Shown here: piece after piece, positions 1-6,726 of the stretch
Position numbering within the stretch: the stretch's first letter is position 1
Layout: each line of letters starts with the position of its first letter
Translations under genes and position numbers: made by a program
Notes under the pieces: generated by a model
Databases searched by the model: none
What the model was told of the DNA's origin: nothing
What the model saw: only the letters and a program-made list of their open reading frames with translations
NCBI GenBank assembly: GCA_030649345.1
Contig: JAUSKK010000035.1
Location: 1-11,514, forward strand
Reading direction: 5' to 3'
Length of the DNA: 11,514 nt
From: Candidatus Iainarchaeum sp.
Lineage (GTDB): Archaea; Iainarchaeota; Iainarchaeia; Iainarchaeales; 0-14-0-20-34-12

Positions 1-381
1 TAAGGTTTTCATGGTTTTACGCAAAGCATATACTTTGCAGAATTCTTTGACTTCTTTTCGTTCGCCTTCCTGCAAATGCGTTAATGCATCCACAACTTCA
101 TTAATCACTTTGCTGGTTTTGGTGCTGGCTACAAAAGCCAAAGCATTGGAAATGTCTTTTTCTGTTTTTCCTTTACTGCATTCTTGTTCAATGATTGAAT
201 CTAAATTTTTTAAGTCTACAATTTTTTTCAAATTTTCTTCCACTTTTTTATCCAAGCCAGTATTCAAGGAAGCTAAAAATTCTATGACTGTTCTTGGATC
301 CATTTTGTCTGTGACTTTCAATTTTTTGACTGACACCCAGTCGCCTAAATTGGCTACAAATGCAATTCCTTGTTCATCCAT
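1..381 (-). CDS. hypothetical protein whose C-terminal end is cut off by the window edge (visible N-terminal 127 aa: MDEQGIAFVANLGDWVSVKKLKVTDKMDPRTVIEFLASL...)
   Basis: It is missing from the ORF track because it runs off the window. Reading the minus strand from the ATG (complement of 379-381) stays open for all 127 codons down to position 1. An AGGTGA motif lies 4 nt upstream of the ATG, the same arrangement as at htpX. The + strand ORF 11..409 is its antisense shadow. I recognise no family. Confidence 0.6.
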   Translation of the reverse strand, partial: MDEQGIAFVANLGDWVSVKKLKVTDKMDPRTVIEFLASLNTGLDKKVEENLKKIVDLKNLDSIIEQECSKGKTEKDISNALAFVASTKTSKVINEVVDALTHLQEGERKEVKEFCKVYALRKTMKTL

Positions 382-403
382 ATGTTCACCTTTAAAAATT
401 CAC

Positions 404-688
404 TTATAAAAATTCGACTTCATCGCTTTTTTTGCCTTTCAATGCTTCCAGTTTTTCTTTGAGTTGATTGGGGGTTAAATCTTTGTGGTCTCCTACATTG
501 AATTGTCTTCGAGTAATAGGTTTGTTTCCGAGTTTTTTCTTTACTGCATTCACTTCATCCATAGGGCCTGTATTCATGGAACCAGAATAACCACATTTTA
601 GGCATTCTTCTAGTCCATTCTTGAGTTTCCTATTTTCCAATCCAGCACATTCTGGACAATATTTGAATTGCATATTATTATTACTCAT
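404..688 (-). CDS. small zinc-ribbon protein (CPEC-x16-CLKC) with a Lys-rich C-terminal tail
   Basis: It is a 94-aa ORF starting at ATG. Two CxxC pairs (CPEC and CLKC) are spaced as in a zinc ribbon. It sits 26 nt downstream of the methyltransferase stop and 22 nt upstream of the next start, so it looks operonic. Confidence 0.55.
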   Translation of the reverse strand: MSNNNMQFKYCPECAGLENRKLKNGLEECLKCGYSGSMNTGPMDEVNAVKKKLGNKPITRRQFNVGDHKDLTPNQLKEKLEALKGKKSDEVEFL

Positions 689-714
689 TTCTTGTTTTTA
701 TTCTTAACCCTGAA

Positions 715-1812
715 TTATTTCTCAAACAATACTATGCTTTCCCGGACTGTTGCTTTTTCTCCGCTGTGCCGATAACAGTCAATTTTTCGGCATTCAATAA
801 TTTCCAAAACTTTGAATCCAATTTCTGCTCCGATTTCTGCCAATCGTTCATCGGCTTCAATGGTGCAAGAAGGAAAACAGCCTCCGGCTAAAACAAAAAA
901 TGCTTTTCCTTTAGGTTTCATTCCTTCAAAAATTTGTTCCAATACTTTTTTCATATCCTTAAAATAGGCTTGGGCCACCAAAGGCAATTCGCTTTCTGTT
1001 TCTGCTTTAAATTTTTCTTCTCCTACAAAAGCTCTTAACCGTGTTTCTTGTCCTTTGAAAAACAATCCTAATTCAGCTTTGTAGACTGTAGTATACTCAA
1101 TTTTGTTCAAATACGGCGGACTGGTTATTACAGCATCAATAAATTCGCCTTCCAGTTTTTGAGTTCTGGCATCGCTTTCAAATACTCTAGGTTCTAATTC
1201 AAATTTTATTTTTTGTTTCTCTAAATCATTCAGCATGCTTTGTACTTTTTTTTCAAACACTCGTTGAATCGGTTTTACATATTTGTGTTTATTTAATCGC
1301 AAACTCCCGCCTCGTTTTTCAGCCAGCATGCATTGATCCACTGAACTAATTAAAGCCAAGCGAAAAAAGTCTTGTATTTTTTCGTTTTTAATTTTCAAAA
1401 TTCGTTCATGGAATCCTATAATTTTTTCCAATTCACTTCGAATGAATAATCTTCGAAGCCAGCGTTCTTTGGATATATTTCCAGTGAATTCAATTTTTTC
1501 TTTTTTTAATGCATTCCATTCTGTGTACAATTCATTCAAATCATAATTTCTAGTTTTAACTTTGCTGGCCAATACAGCTAAAGGAGAAACATCATAGCCC
1601 AAAGAATCCAAACCTAATTCTTTGCAAGCCAATAAAGTGGTGCCAGAACCACAAAAAGGATCTAATACAATTCCTTGAATTTTGTATTTTTCAATTAACC
1701 AAACAATCAAATCTTTGGCATAGCCTTCTTTGTAATAAAACCAATTATAAATAGGTAAATGTTTGTTGGGGACAAAGGTTACGGCTTCGGATAAATTAAT
1801 TTCAGTTTGCAT
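715..1812 (-). CDS. SAM-dependent DNA methyltransferase (N6-adenine or N4-cytosine type, SPPY catalytic motif), with no recognisable restriction partner nearby
   Basis: The SAM-binding motif I (VLDPFCGSGTT) is near the N-terminus. The catalytic motif IV (ITSPPYLNKIEY) lies about 185 aa later, with a helical insert between them. I trimmed the track ORF 715..1908 to the first ATG (complement of 1810-1812, MQTEINLSE...), because the upstream 32 codons start at GTG and are simply the tRNA-Thr sequence translated. Confidence 0.75.
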   Translation of the reverse strand: MQTEINLSEAVTFVPNKHLPIYNWFYYKEGYAKDLIVWLIEKYKIQGIVLDPFCGSGTTLLACKELGLDSLGYDVSPLAVLASKVKTRNYDLNELYTEWNALKKEKIEFTGNISKERWLRRLFIRSELEKIIGFHERILKIKNEKIQDFFRLALISSVDQCMLAEKRGGSLRLNKHKYVKPIQRVFEKKVQSMLNDLEKQKIKFELEPRVFESDARTQKLEGEFIDAVITSPPYLNKIEYTTVYKAELGLFFKGQETRLRAFVGEEKFKAETESELPLVAQAYFKDMKKVLEQIFEGMKPKGKAFFVLAGGCFPSCTIEADERLAEIGAEIGFKVLEIIECRKIDCYRHSGEKATVRESIVLFEK

Positions 1813-1842
1813 ACCTATCTGGGAATCGAATAAAAGAAAAAG

Positions 1843-1914
1843 AGCCTCCGATGGGAATTGAACCCACGACCTGCGGTTTACAAAACCGCCGCTCTGCCAT
1901 TGAGCCACGGAGGC
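1843..1914 (-). tRNA. tRNA-Thr (anticodon UGU), 72 nt, no intron, CCA not encoded
   Basis: The minus strand reads GCCTCCG-TG-GCTC-AATGGCA-GAGC-G-GCGGT-TTTGTAA-ACCGC-AGGTC-GTGGG-TTCAATT-CCCAT-CGGAGGC-T. This gives a full cloverleaf with a 7-bp acceptor stem, the D-loop GG, U33, A37 and a TTCAATT T-loop. Confidence 0.92.
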
Positions 1915-1980
1915 ATACTAAAACAAGGCTTCTTTAATTATTTTTGAATTAAAAGCCTTTTAAACCATTCCTTGTGCTGG

Positions 1981-2051
1981 TCAGGGTGTTGAACGAATAA
2001 AAGATTAATTGATTTATGTCTGACTGATTTTAATAACATTCAACACCCTGA
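1981..2051. promoter_or_regulatory. 13-bp perfect inverted repeat (TCAGGGTGTTGAA ... TTCAACACCCTGA) enclosing the putative promoter of the ykgJ-like gene
   Basis: The arms at 1981-1993 and 2039-2051 are exact reverse complements separated by 45 AT-rich nt. That spacer contains a TATA-like TTTTAATAA at about 2028-2036. The right arm ends 6 nt before the ATG at 2057. Confidence 0.45.
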
Positions 2052-2056
2052 TTGAT

Positions 2057-2695
2057 ATGCCGGACTTAAAGCAAATTTGCCATGATTGTAAAGCAGAATG
2101 CTGTAAACGTTACTGGATTACTTTAGTTCCAGAACAAGCGCAAAAGATTGCCAATTCCTTAAATCTTTCTTTGCCGGAATTCATTCAAAAATACACTGTA
2201 CTCTATCTTCAACTAATTCCAGTTCCAATTCCAGTTCAAGATCCATTGTTTTTTTCTAAAAATCAATTTTCTGAAAAAATCCAAATAAACTTGGAAAAAA
2301 ACAATAGTTTGGATCAAAACTTTTTTGCCTTACCTTTACTGGCCTTAAAACGCATTTCTTCTGAAGACGGTAAAAAATCTTGTGTATTTTTGAAAAATAA
2401 TTACGAATGTTCCATTTATTCAGTACGTCCAACTCAATGCCAGTTGTTTCCTTTTGTCATGCCGGATTCAGTTGAAAATTTGAAAAAAATTTATCCTTTC
2501 TGCGGTTTAATTGAACATGTTTCGGCTGAACCTTTAAAAATTTCCAAACACGAACAAGTAGTCAAAAATTATTTTGAACAAGTAAAACAAAAAGGTTTTC
2601 AAAAAGTTTGGCCTGCTTTGCCTGAACAAGGTTTTTGTTTTGTGAACGGAAAAGAATTAACTGAAATTTCTCAGCAAGATCTTTTATTTATTTGA
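2057..2695 (+). CDS. YkgJ/UPF0153-family cysteine-cluster protein (putative Fe-S or zinc binding)
   Basis: It is a 212-aa ORF. The N-terminal CHDCKAECCKRYW matches the CxxCxxxCC signature. The C-terminal part (KSCVFLKNNYECSIYSVRPTQCQLFPF) matches the family's second Cys block (C.FL....C.IY..RP..C..FP). Confidence 0.75.
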   Translation: MPDLKQICHDCKAECCKRYWITLVPEQAQKIANSLNLSLPEFIQKYTVLYLQLIPVPIPVQDPLFFSKNQFSEKIQINLEKNNSLDQNFFALPLLALKRISSEDGKKSCVFLKNNYECSIYSVRPTQCQLFPFVMPDSVENLKKIYPFCGLIEHVSAEPLKISKHEQVVKNYFEQVKQKGFQKVWPALPEQGFCFVNGKELTEISQQDLLFI

Positions 2696-2698
2696 AGT

Positions 2699-2853
2699 AG
2701 GTATCGTATCTGAAGGAGGCGATTTGCCGAAGGCTTTAGTGAGCGGTACCGTAAAATCGAAGATTTTACGTATGTGCAAAACTCAGAGTTTTGCAGTATA
2801 TCGGAACGTAGAATCGAGCAAAGCGAAGATTCTACAGCAGGAGGTATCGGAAC
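2699..2853. repeat. intergenic cluster of perfect hairpins bracketed by 8-bp direct repeats; candidate structured ncRNA or intron-like repeat element
   Basis: Hairpins are CGTAAAATC-GAA-GATTTTACG (2750-2770), TGCAAAACT-CAG-AGTTTTGCA (2775-2795) and GTAGAATC-12 nt-GATTCTAC (2808-2835), plus GCC-GAA-GGC (2726-2734). Direct repeats are AGGTATCG at 2699-2706 and 2842-2849, and TATCGGAAC at 2799-2807 and 2845-2853. The region lies between convergent genes and is visibly more GC-rich than its flanks. Confidence 0.45.
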
Positions 2854-3600
2854 CTAAGGTTCTGATTTGCAGACAAATAACCATTCCCTGTTTTTGAGCG
2901 TAGCTTCTTTTAATTTTCGATCCCCGTATATTTTTATTTTTTTGAATCCAGCTTTCTTTAAAATTTGTTTAACTTCTTCCAATTCATACACTCGTTGATC
3001 TACTCTGTATTCTTTTTCTTTAAACAAATTTCCGTGCATTCGCTCCAATACTTTTAATTTAATGCTCCAATCTTTTCCATTTAATTTATCCAGCCAAATA
3101 AATTCAGTATCTGAATTTACAACATCGCCGTACCCTAAACTGTCCAGCATGTCTTGCACATGTCTTTGGGTGGCAATGTTAAAAATTAATAATCCATTTT
3201 CATTCAAATGTTTTCTGGCTTCCCTGCAAACTTTTTCCATTATTTTGGGTTCCAAAAAATGATTGAATACATCAATGGAAACAATTAAATCAAACTTTGT
3301 TTTCGGTTTAAAGTCTTCAATTTTTTTTCCCACCCACGCAATGTGCGGAACCATCCAGGATTTTTCTCGAGCAACTTTTAACATTTCTTTGCTTTGATCA
3401 ATCCCAGTAACTGCACAGCCTAATTCAGCAAATGCAATAGCCATTTTCCCTGTTCCAGTTCCTAAATCTAAAACATTCAACAATTCGTTTTTTTCAATTC
3501 TTGCAATTTTTTCAATCAAAAAAAGCCATTCATCTTGGCTTTGTTCCGTTATTTGATCATAGACTTTGGCAAACTCGTACGAATTGGTTTTCCCCTTCAT
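2854..3600 (-). CDS. class I SAM-dependent methyltransferase (Methyltransf_11/25-like), substrate unknown
   Basis: Motif I is VLDLGTGTGKMA, followed by the acidic motif II residue (GIDQS) and a post-I region typical of small-molecule or RNA methyltransferases. I chose the start at the second ATG (complement of 3598-3600), because it forms an ATGA overlap with the upstream gene's TGA stop (3597-3599). The track start at 3630 remains possible. Confidence 0.75.
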   Translation of the reverse strand: MKGKTNSYEFAKVYDQITEQSQDEWLFLIEKIARIEKNELLNVLDLGTGTGKMAIAFAELGCAVTGIDQSKEMLKVAREKSWMVPHIAWVGKKIEDFKPKTKFDLIVSIDVFNHFLEPKIMEKVCREARKHLNENGLLIFNIATQRHVQDMLDSLGYGDVVNSDTEFIWLDKLNGKDWSIKLKVLERMHGNLFKEKEYRVDQRVYELEEVKQILKKAGFKKIKIYGDRKLKEATLKNREWLFVCKSEP

Positions 3601-4688
3601 GGTTTCATTGGCTCCAGTACAGCTAAACATTCCATATGATTGGTGTTTGGAAAAAAATCAAACCCTTTAATAGATTCTAAAGCATAATTGGATTCTTTAA
3701 ACCATTCGATGTCTCGGCATAAAGTCACTGGATTGCAGGAAACATAGAAAACTTTCTTGGGTTTTCGTTCAGCAATTCGTTGAATGGTTTTCTTTTCAGC
3801 TCCAGCTCTCGGCGGATCCAAGCAAACAAAATCAGTTTCAAAATCTAAATCTTTCAATACTTTTCGCGCACTTCCAGCTATAAATTCAGCATTTCCAATG
3901 CCATTCAGTTTTGCATTTTCTTGGGCTAGCTGAACTGAATTTTCTTCAAATTCTATTCCTAAGACTTTGAAGCTTTTTTGAGCCAAAGGCAAAGTTAAAG
4001 CGCCTACACCGCAATACAAATCCAGTATATTTTGTCCTTCCGGCACTCGGTTGACTAAATCAGTAAACAATTTTTCTGCTTGAACAATATTGGCTTGAAA
4101 AAAAGTATTGTGACCCATTTTGAATCTTAAGTTCATAAAATGTTCTTCTAAAAAATTTTCTCCAAATGTTTTTATTAATTTTCCTTGTGAAGTATCGCTT
4201 AAAGTATCATTTAAAATCCAAACCAAACCAGTTAACTTTAATTCTTTCAAACAATCATTTGCAATTTGTTCTATCTCTTTTTCAATTTCTAAAGTATTTG
4301 AAACCAATGAAATCAGAAATTGATTTGTTCGTTTGGTTTCCCGCAAAACAGCATACTTTACTTTTCCGGTTAAATTGAATTCATTTAATTTTTTTTCTAA
4401 AAACCGCGCAACTTGATTTGCTTTTTCAGACATTAGCAAACAATGCTGTAAAGAAAAAGTTTCTTGAAAATTTTCTTTTCGTCTCAAACCAAGTTTTCTA
4501 TTCAAGAAAGCCAATTCTAATTTATTTCTGTAAAAAAACTGGTTTTCACTTTTCTCAAACTGAATGTTTTGTCCAAAAAATTGCGCTAGATTGTTTTGTT
4601 TTTCTTGGCATTGATTTTCGTACGAGTATTCCATTTTAGGGCAGCCATTGCATTCTGTAAAGTGTACGCACATTTGTTTAGTGCTCAT
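3597..4688 (-). CDS. RumA/TrmA-type RNA (uracil-C5)-methyltransferase lacking the N-terminal TRAM domain
   Basis: An N-terminal Cx5Cx2C (CVHFTECNGC) plus a distal Cys (LQHCLL) resembles the RumA [4Fe-4S] ligands. The SAM motif is LDLYCGVGALTL, followed by LDPPRAGA and the catalytic-Cys motif FYVSCNPVTLCRD. Confidence 0.85.
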   Translation of the reverse strand: MSTKQMCVHFTECNGCPKMEYSYENQCQEKQNNLAQFFGQNIQFEKSENQFFYRNKLELAFLNRKLGLRRKENFQETFSLQHCLLMSEKANQVARFLEKKLNEFNLTGKVKYAVLRETKRTNQFLISLVSNTLEIEKEIEQIANDCLKELKLTGLVWILNDTLSDTSQGKLIKTFGENFLEEHFMNLRFKMGHNTFFQANIVQAEKLFTDLVNRVPEGQNILDLYCGVGALTLPLAQKSFKVLGIEFEENSVQLAQENAKLNGIGNAEFIAGSARKVLKDLDFETDFVCLDPPRAGAEKKTIQRIAERKPKKVFYVSCNPVTLCRDIEWFKESNYALESIKGFDFFPNTNHMECLAVLEPMKP

Positions 4689-4699
4689 ATACTATTTTT

Positions 4700-4903
4700 T
4701 CAACACATTAGCCTAAAAAAGCAGTTCTTTTGGTTTTTTTGGACATTATGTTTTTTGGTTTCATTGTTTTTTACTGCTTTCATTAAATAGTCTTTGTATT
4801 GGCTGATGTAAACTTGGCATAAATATTTTGCAAATGGTTTTTCAGTGTAGGTCTTCTGCGATTGCGTATTTTCATTGGTACCGGTATAACACTTTCCAAA
4901 CAT
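4700..4903 (-). CDS. possible small Lys/Asn-rich protein (67 aa); weak call
   Basis: The only support is an open ATG-initiated frame ending 12 nt before the RumA-like start. I see no ribosome-binding motif and no recognisable family. It could equally be non-coding leader or promoter DNA. Confidence 0.2.
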   Translation of the reverse strand: MFGKCYTGTNENTQSQKTYTEKPFAKYLCQVYISQYKDYLMKAVKNNETKKHNVQKNQKNCFFRLMC

Positions 4904-4934
4904 GCATGCCTGGTTACTTTTATGGAATTGGGTG

Positions 4935-4950
4935 AAAAAATGCTTTTTTT
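4935..4950 (-). terminator. candidate transcription stop after the surface-protein gene (A6-TGC-T7 palindromic A/T tract; gives oligo-T on the minus strand)
   Basis: The tract lies 40-55 nt past the TAA at 4990-4992 on the coding strand. Archaeal termination commonly uses oligo-T runs. There is no experimental support. Confidence 0.3.
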
Positions 4951-4989
4951 ATTTAGTGTGCTTGCGTGGTGGTTTTGTTTCTAAATAGG

Positions 4990-6678
4990 TTATTGTACAG
5001 TGATAGTTGGCCCGGTAAATGTATCGTTTGCAGTGTTAGGGTCGTTATCAAAGTCTATGGTAACACTGGTTTGAAATGTTCCCGGGCTGGGCCCATAGGA
5101 GTGCTGGAAGTTACACAAGGTCTGCACTTGATTTAGTGTGCTCGCGGTGCTTCCTTGGCAGTTTTTGTCACCGCTGCCATCTCCAAAGTTGATGTGAATC
5201 GTGTATCCGTTGAATGATTCACCTGAAGACGATCCAGGGCCCAAGTTGATGGTTGAAATGTTATAACTAAACACTTGATGCACGGCCAAGGTTTGGGTTG
5301 ACGTATTAAACGCTGCATTGTTTACGGTTACGTTCACGTTGTCAACCTTGTAATCGTATTCTTGCGGTGCAGCGGGTGGCACATTCAAGTTCACACTGGT
5401 TTCGCAGGATGCATAATCAGTATCAATCATAATGTTCTTGCTGGTTCCATAATTTACTGCGCTATAAGAACAAGTCGCAGTGGCAGTGTCTCCAACAGCA
5501 GTCACAGTTTGCTGGTTGTTTTGAGAACCTTCACAGCGTACTCGGACTTCAGTATTTGGGCTGTCGACATCTGTTACAGTTACTGTTATTTCGCCTGCGC
5601 CGTTAAGCATAGTAGGATTTACAGTCACTGTACATTCTTCGTATTGCATAGTATCTTCATAAGGGCAGTTGACGATCTCGCATCCGTTTTCGTCTGTCTC
5701 ACGAATGGGTGTTTTCCCATCTGCTCTACATTGTTGTTCGCTTTCTTGCAGGCTGACTTCGCTGATGCAACTGTTTTGAGTGATCACAGTAATGTTCTTG
5801 GAGCAGGAAAATGTTTCGGTTTCGTTGATAAGATTAACAGTAATATTTCGGCTCCCAATAAAGGATTCATCGGAGTAGCGACAACTGAATGCTTTTTCTC
5901 TGCCAGTGACTGTAATGTTTTCGTTTCCAGTTCCGTAATCACAGTCCAGTGTTCCTGTAACTGGATATTCGAGGTTTTCAAGGATCACGTAAGAGTATAC
6001 TGGAGATCCATTTACTTGGACTTCAAGAGGATATGAGTCAAGCGTACAAGCTGGTTCCAAATTTGTAGTCTCATTGTCTTCGCTATCTTCTTCAGTATCT
6101 GAAGTTCCATCTTCGTTGTCTTCAGGTGTTGTTGTCTCAACATCAGTAGGTTGGGTTTCCGTAGTGTCAGTATTTTCTACTTCTCCACAGTCACTGTCCA
6201 ATTCAGTTGTGCAGCCTTCTGGGCAGTATTCGTCTCCGCCTGCACAAGCAGTGATGTATGTGCTTCCACATGTTTTTGGTTCTCCGGAGCACACGTCTCT
6301 TGTAGCAGGATTATTATCATCACAGTCAGTGTCTTCTTCACAACTGTCAGTTCGGTTGACTTTTCTGATAAAACAGACAAGTTGTTTGTCGGCAACACTT
6401 ACCCATGCTTGCATGATAGATTCCGGACTTTCAATGTTTGCGTAGAAATAATCTTGGGCTGGAATACTCTTTCCGCATTTCTCGCTAATGTCTGCAAGCT
6501 GAGTTGTAATTTCGGCTTCAGTCAATAGAACAACAGTTAAGTCCGAGTCCGGATTTTCCGCCAAAAAGTTTTGTACTTCCGGTAAATTTGAAACAATATT
6601 GGTTGCAGAGTCTCCGCCTTGCGTACATCCAAACAAAACAAGTGCTGCTAGAATGAATGCTGCAGTTCGTAATTGCAT
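4990..6678 (-). CDS. secreted or lipid-anchored Cys-rich surface protein with an acidic Thr/Asp/Glu linker, two paralogous Cys-containing beta-type modules and a PKD-like C-terminal domain
   Basis: I take the start at ATG (complement of 6676-6678), because the track start at 6687 is a TTG. The N-terminus MQLRTAAFILAALVLFGCTQGG looks like a signal peptide with a lipobox-like LFGC. A Cys/Asp-rich block (CEEDTDCDDNNPATRDVCSGEPKTCG...) follows. The linker is TDTTETQPTDVETTTPEDNEDGTSDTEEDSEDNETT. There are many N-x-S/T sequons. The C-terminus INFGDGSG...FQHSYGPSPGTFQTSVTID resembles the PKD signature. Confidence 0.8.
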   Translation of the reverse strand: MQLRTAAFILAALVLFGCTQGGDSATNIVSNLPEVQNFLAENPDSDLTVVLLTEAEITTQLADISEKCGKSIPAQDYFYANIESPESIMQAWVSVADKQLVCFIRKVNRTDSCEEDTDCDDNNPATRDVCSGEPKTCGSTYITACAGGDEYCPEGCTTELDSDCGEVENTDTTETQPTDVETTTPEDNEDGTSDTEEDSEDNETTNLEPACTLDSYPLEVQVNGSPVYSYVILENLEYPVTGTLDCDYGTGNENITVTGREKAFSCRYSDESFIGSRNITVNLINETETFSCSKNITVITQNSCISEVSLQESEQQCRADGKTPIRETDENGCEIVNCPYEDTMQYEECTVTVNPTMLNGAGEITVTVTDVDSPNTEVRVRCEGSQNNQQTVTAVGDTATATCSYSAVNYGTSKNIMIDTDYASCETSVNLNVPPAAPQEYDYKVDNVNVTVNNAAFNTSTQTLAVHQVFSYNISTINLGPGSSSGESFNGYTIHINFGDGSGDKNCQGSTASTLNQVQTLCNFQHSYGPSPGTFQTSVTIDFDNDPNTANDTFTGPTITVQ

Positions 6679-6726
6679 CCTAACCAAAGGACTTTCAGAT
6701 TTATATTCTTTTCGTGCAAAAATATT

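Noticed and set aside
11-409. Track ORF on the + strand (132 aa)
   Set aside because: It has low-complexity, Ser/Phe/Leu-rich composition, and it is the antisense shadow of a cleaner minus-strand ORF (1-381) that has an AGGTGA ribosome-binding motif.
1813-1908. N-terminal 32 codons of track ORF 715..1908 (MAQWQSGGFVNRRSWVQFPSEALFLLFDSQIG)
   Set aside because: This stretch starts at GTG and is mostly the tRNA-Thr(UGU) gene itself translated on its own strand, plus the short 30-nt trailer. The methyltransferase homology begins after the first ATG at 1812.
3062-4790. Short + strand ORFs (3062..3262, 4120..4323, 4166..4378, 4418..4639, 4596..4790), and likewise 7865..8086, 8469..8732, 8476..8670, 8719..8904, 9011..9346 and 9213..9395
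   Set aside because: All are antisense to well-supported minus-strand genes or overlap the tRNA-Met gene. Their Phe/Leu/Ser/Lys-rich composition is typical of AT-rich antisense frames.
4951-5152. Repeat of ATTTAGTGTGCT (4951-4962 and 5131-5142, 15 of 16 matching), possibly a relic of a duplicated C-terminus downstream of the surface-protein stop
   Set aside because: A single shared 12-mer is within chance expectation for an 11.5-kb window, and similarity decays immediately after it.
5133-6528. Several + and - strand track ORFs inside the surface-protein gene (5133..5318, 5362..6036, 5784..5981, 6074..6445, 6151..6528, 6177..6398)
   Set aside because: They are alternative-frame or antisense open frames, expected in a GC-richer gene. 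They have no start context and implausible composition, and they are fully nested in a well-supported 562-aa CDS.
6679-6687. Track starts at 6687 (surface protein) and 9642 (RpiA-like)
   Set aside because: Both are TTG codons. In each case an ATG follows (3 and 12 codons downstream respectively), with a TATA-like box at an appropriate distance. For 6678 it also gives a textbook signal-peptide N-terminus.
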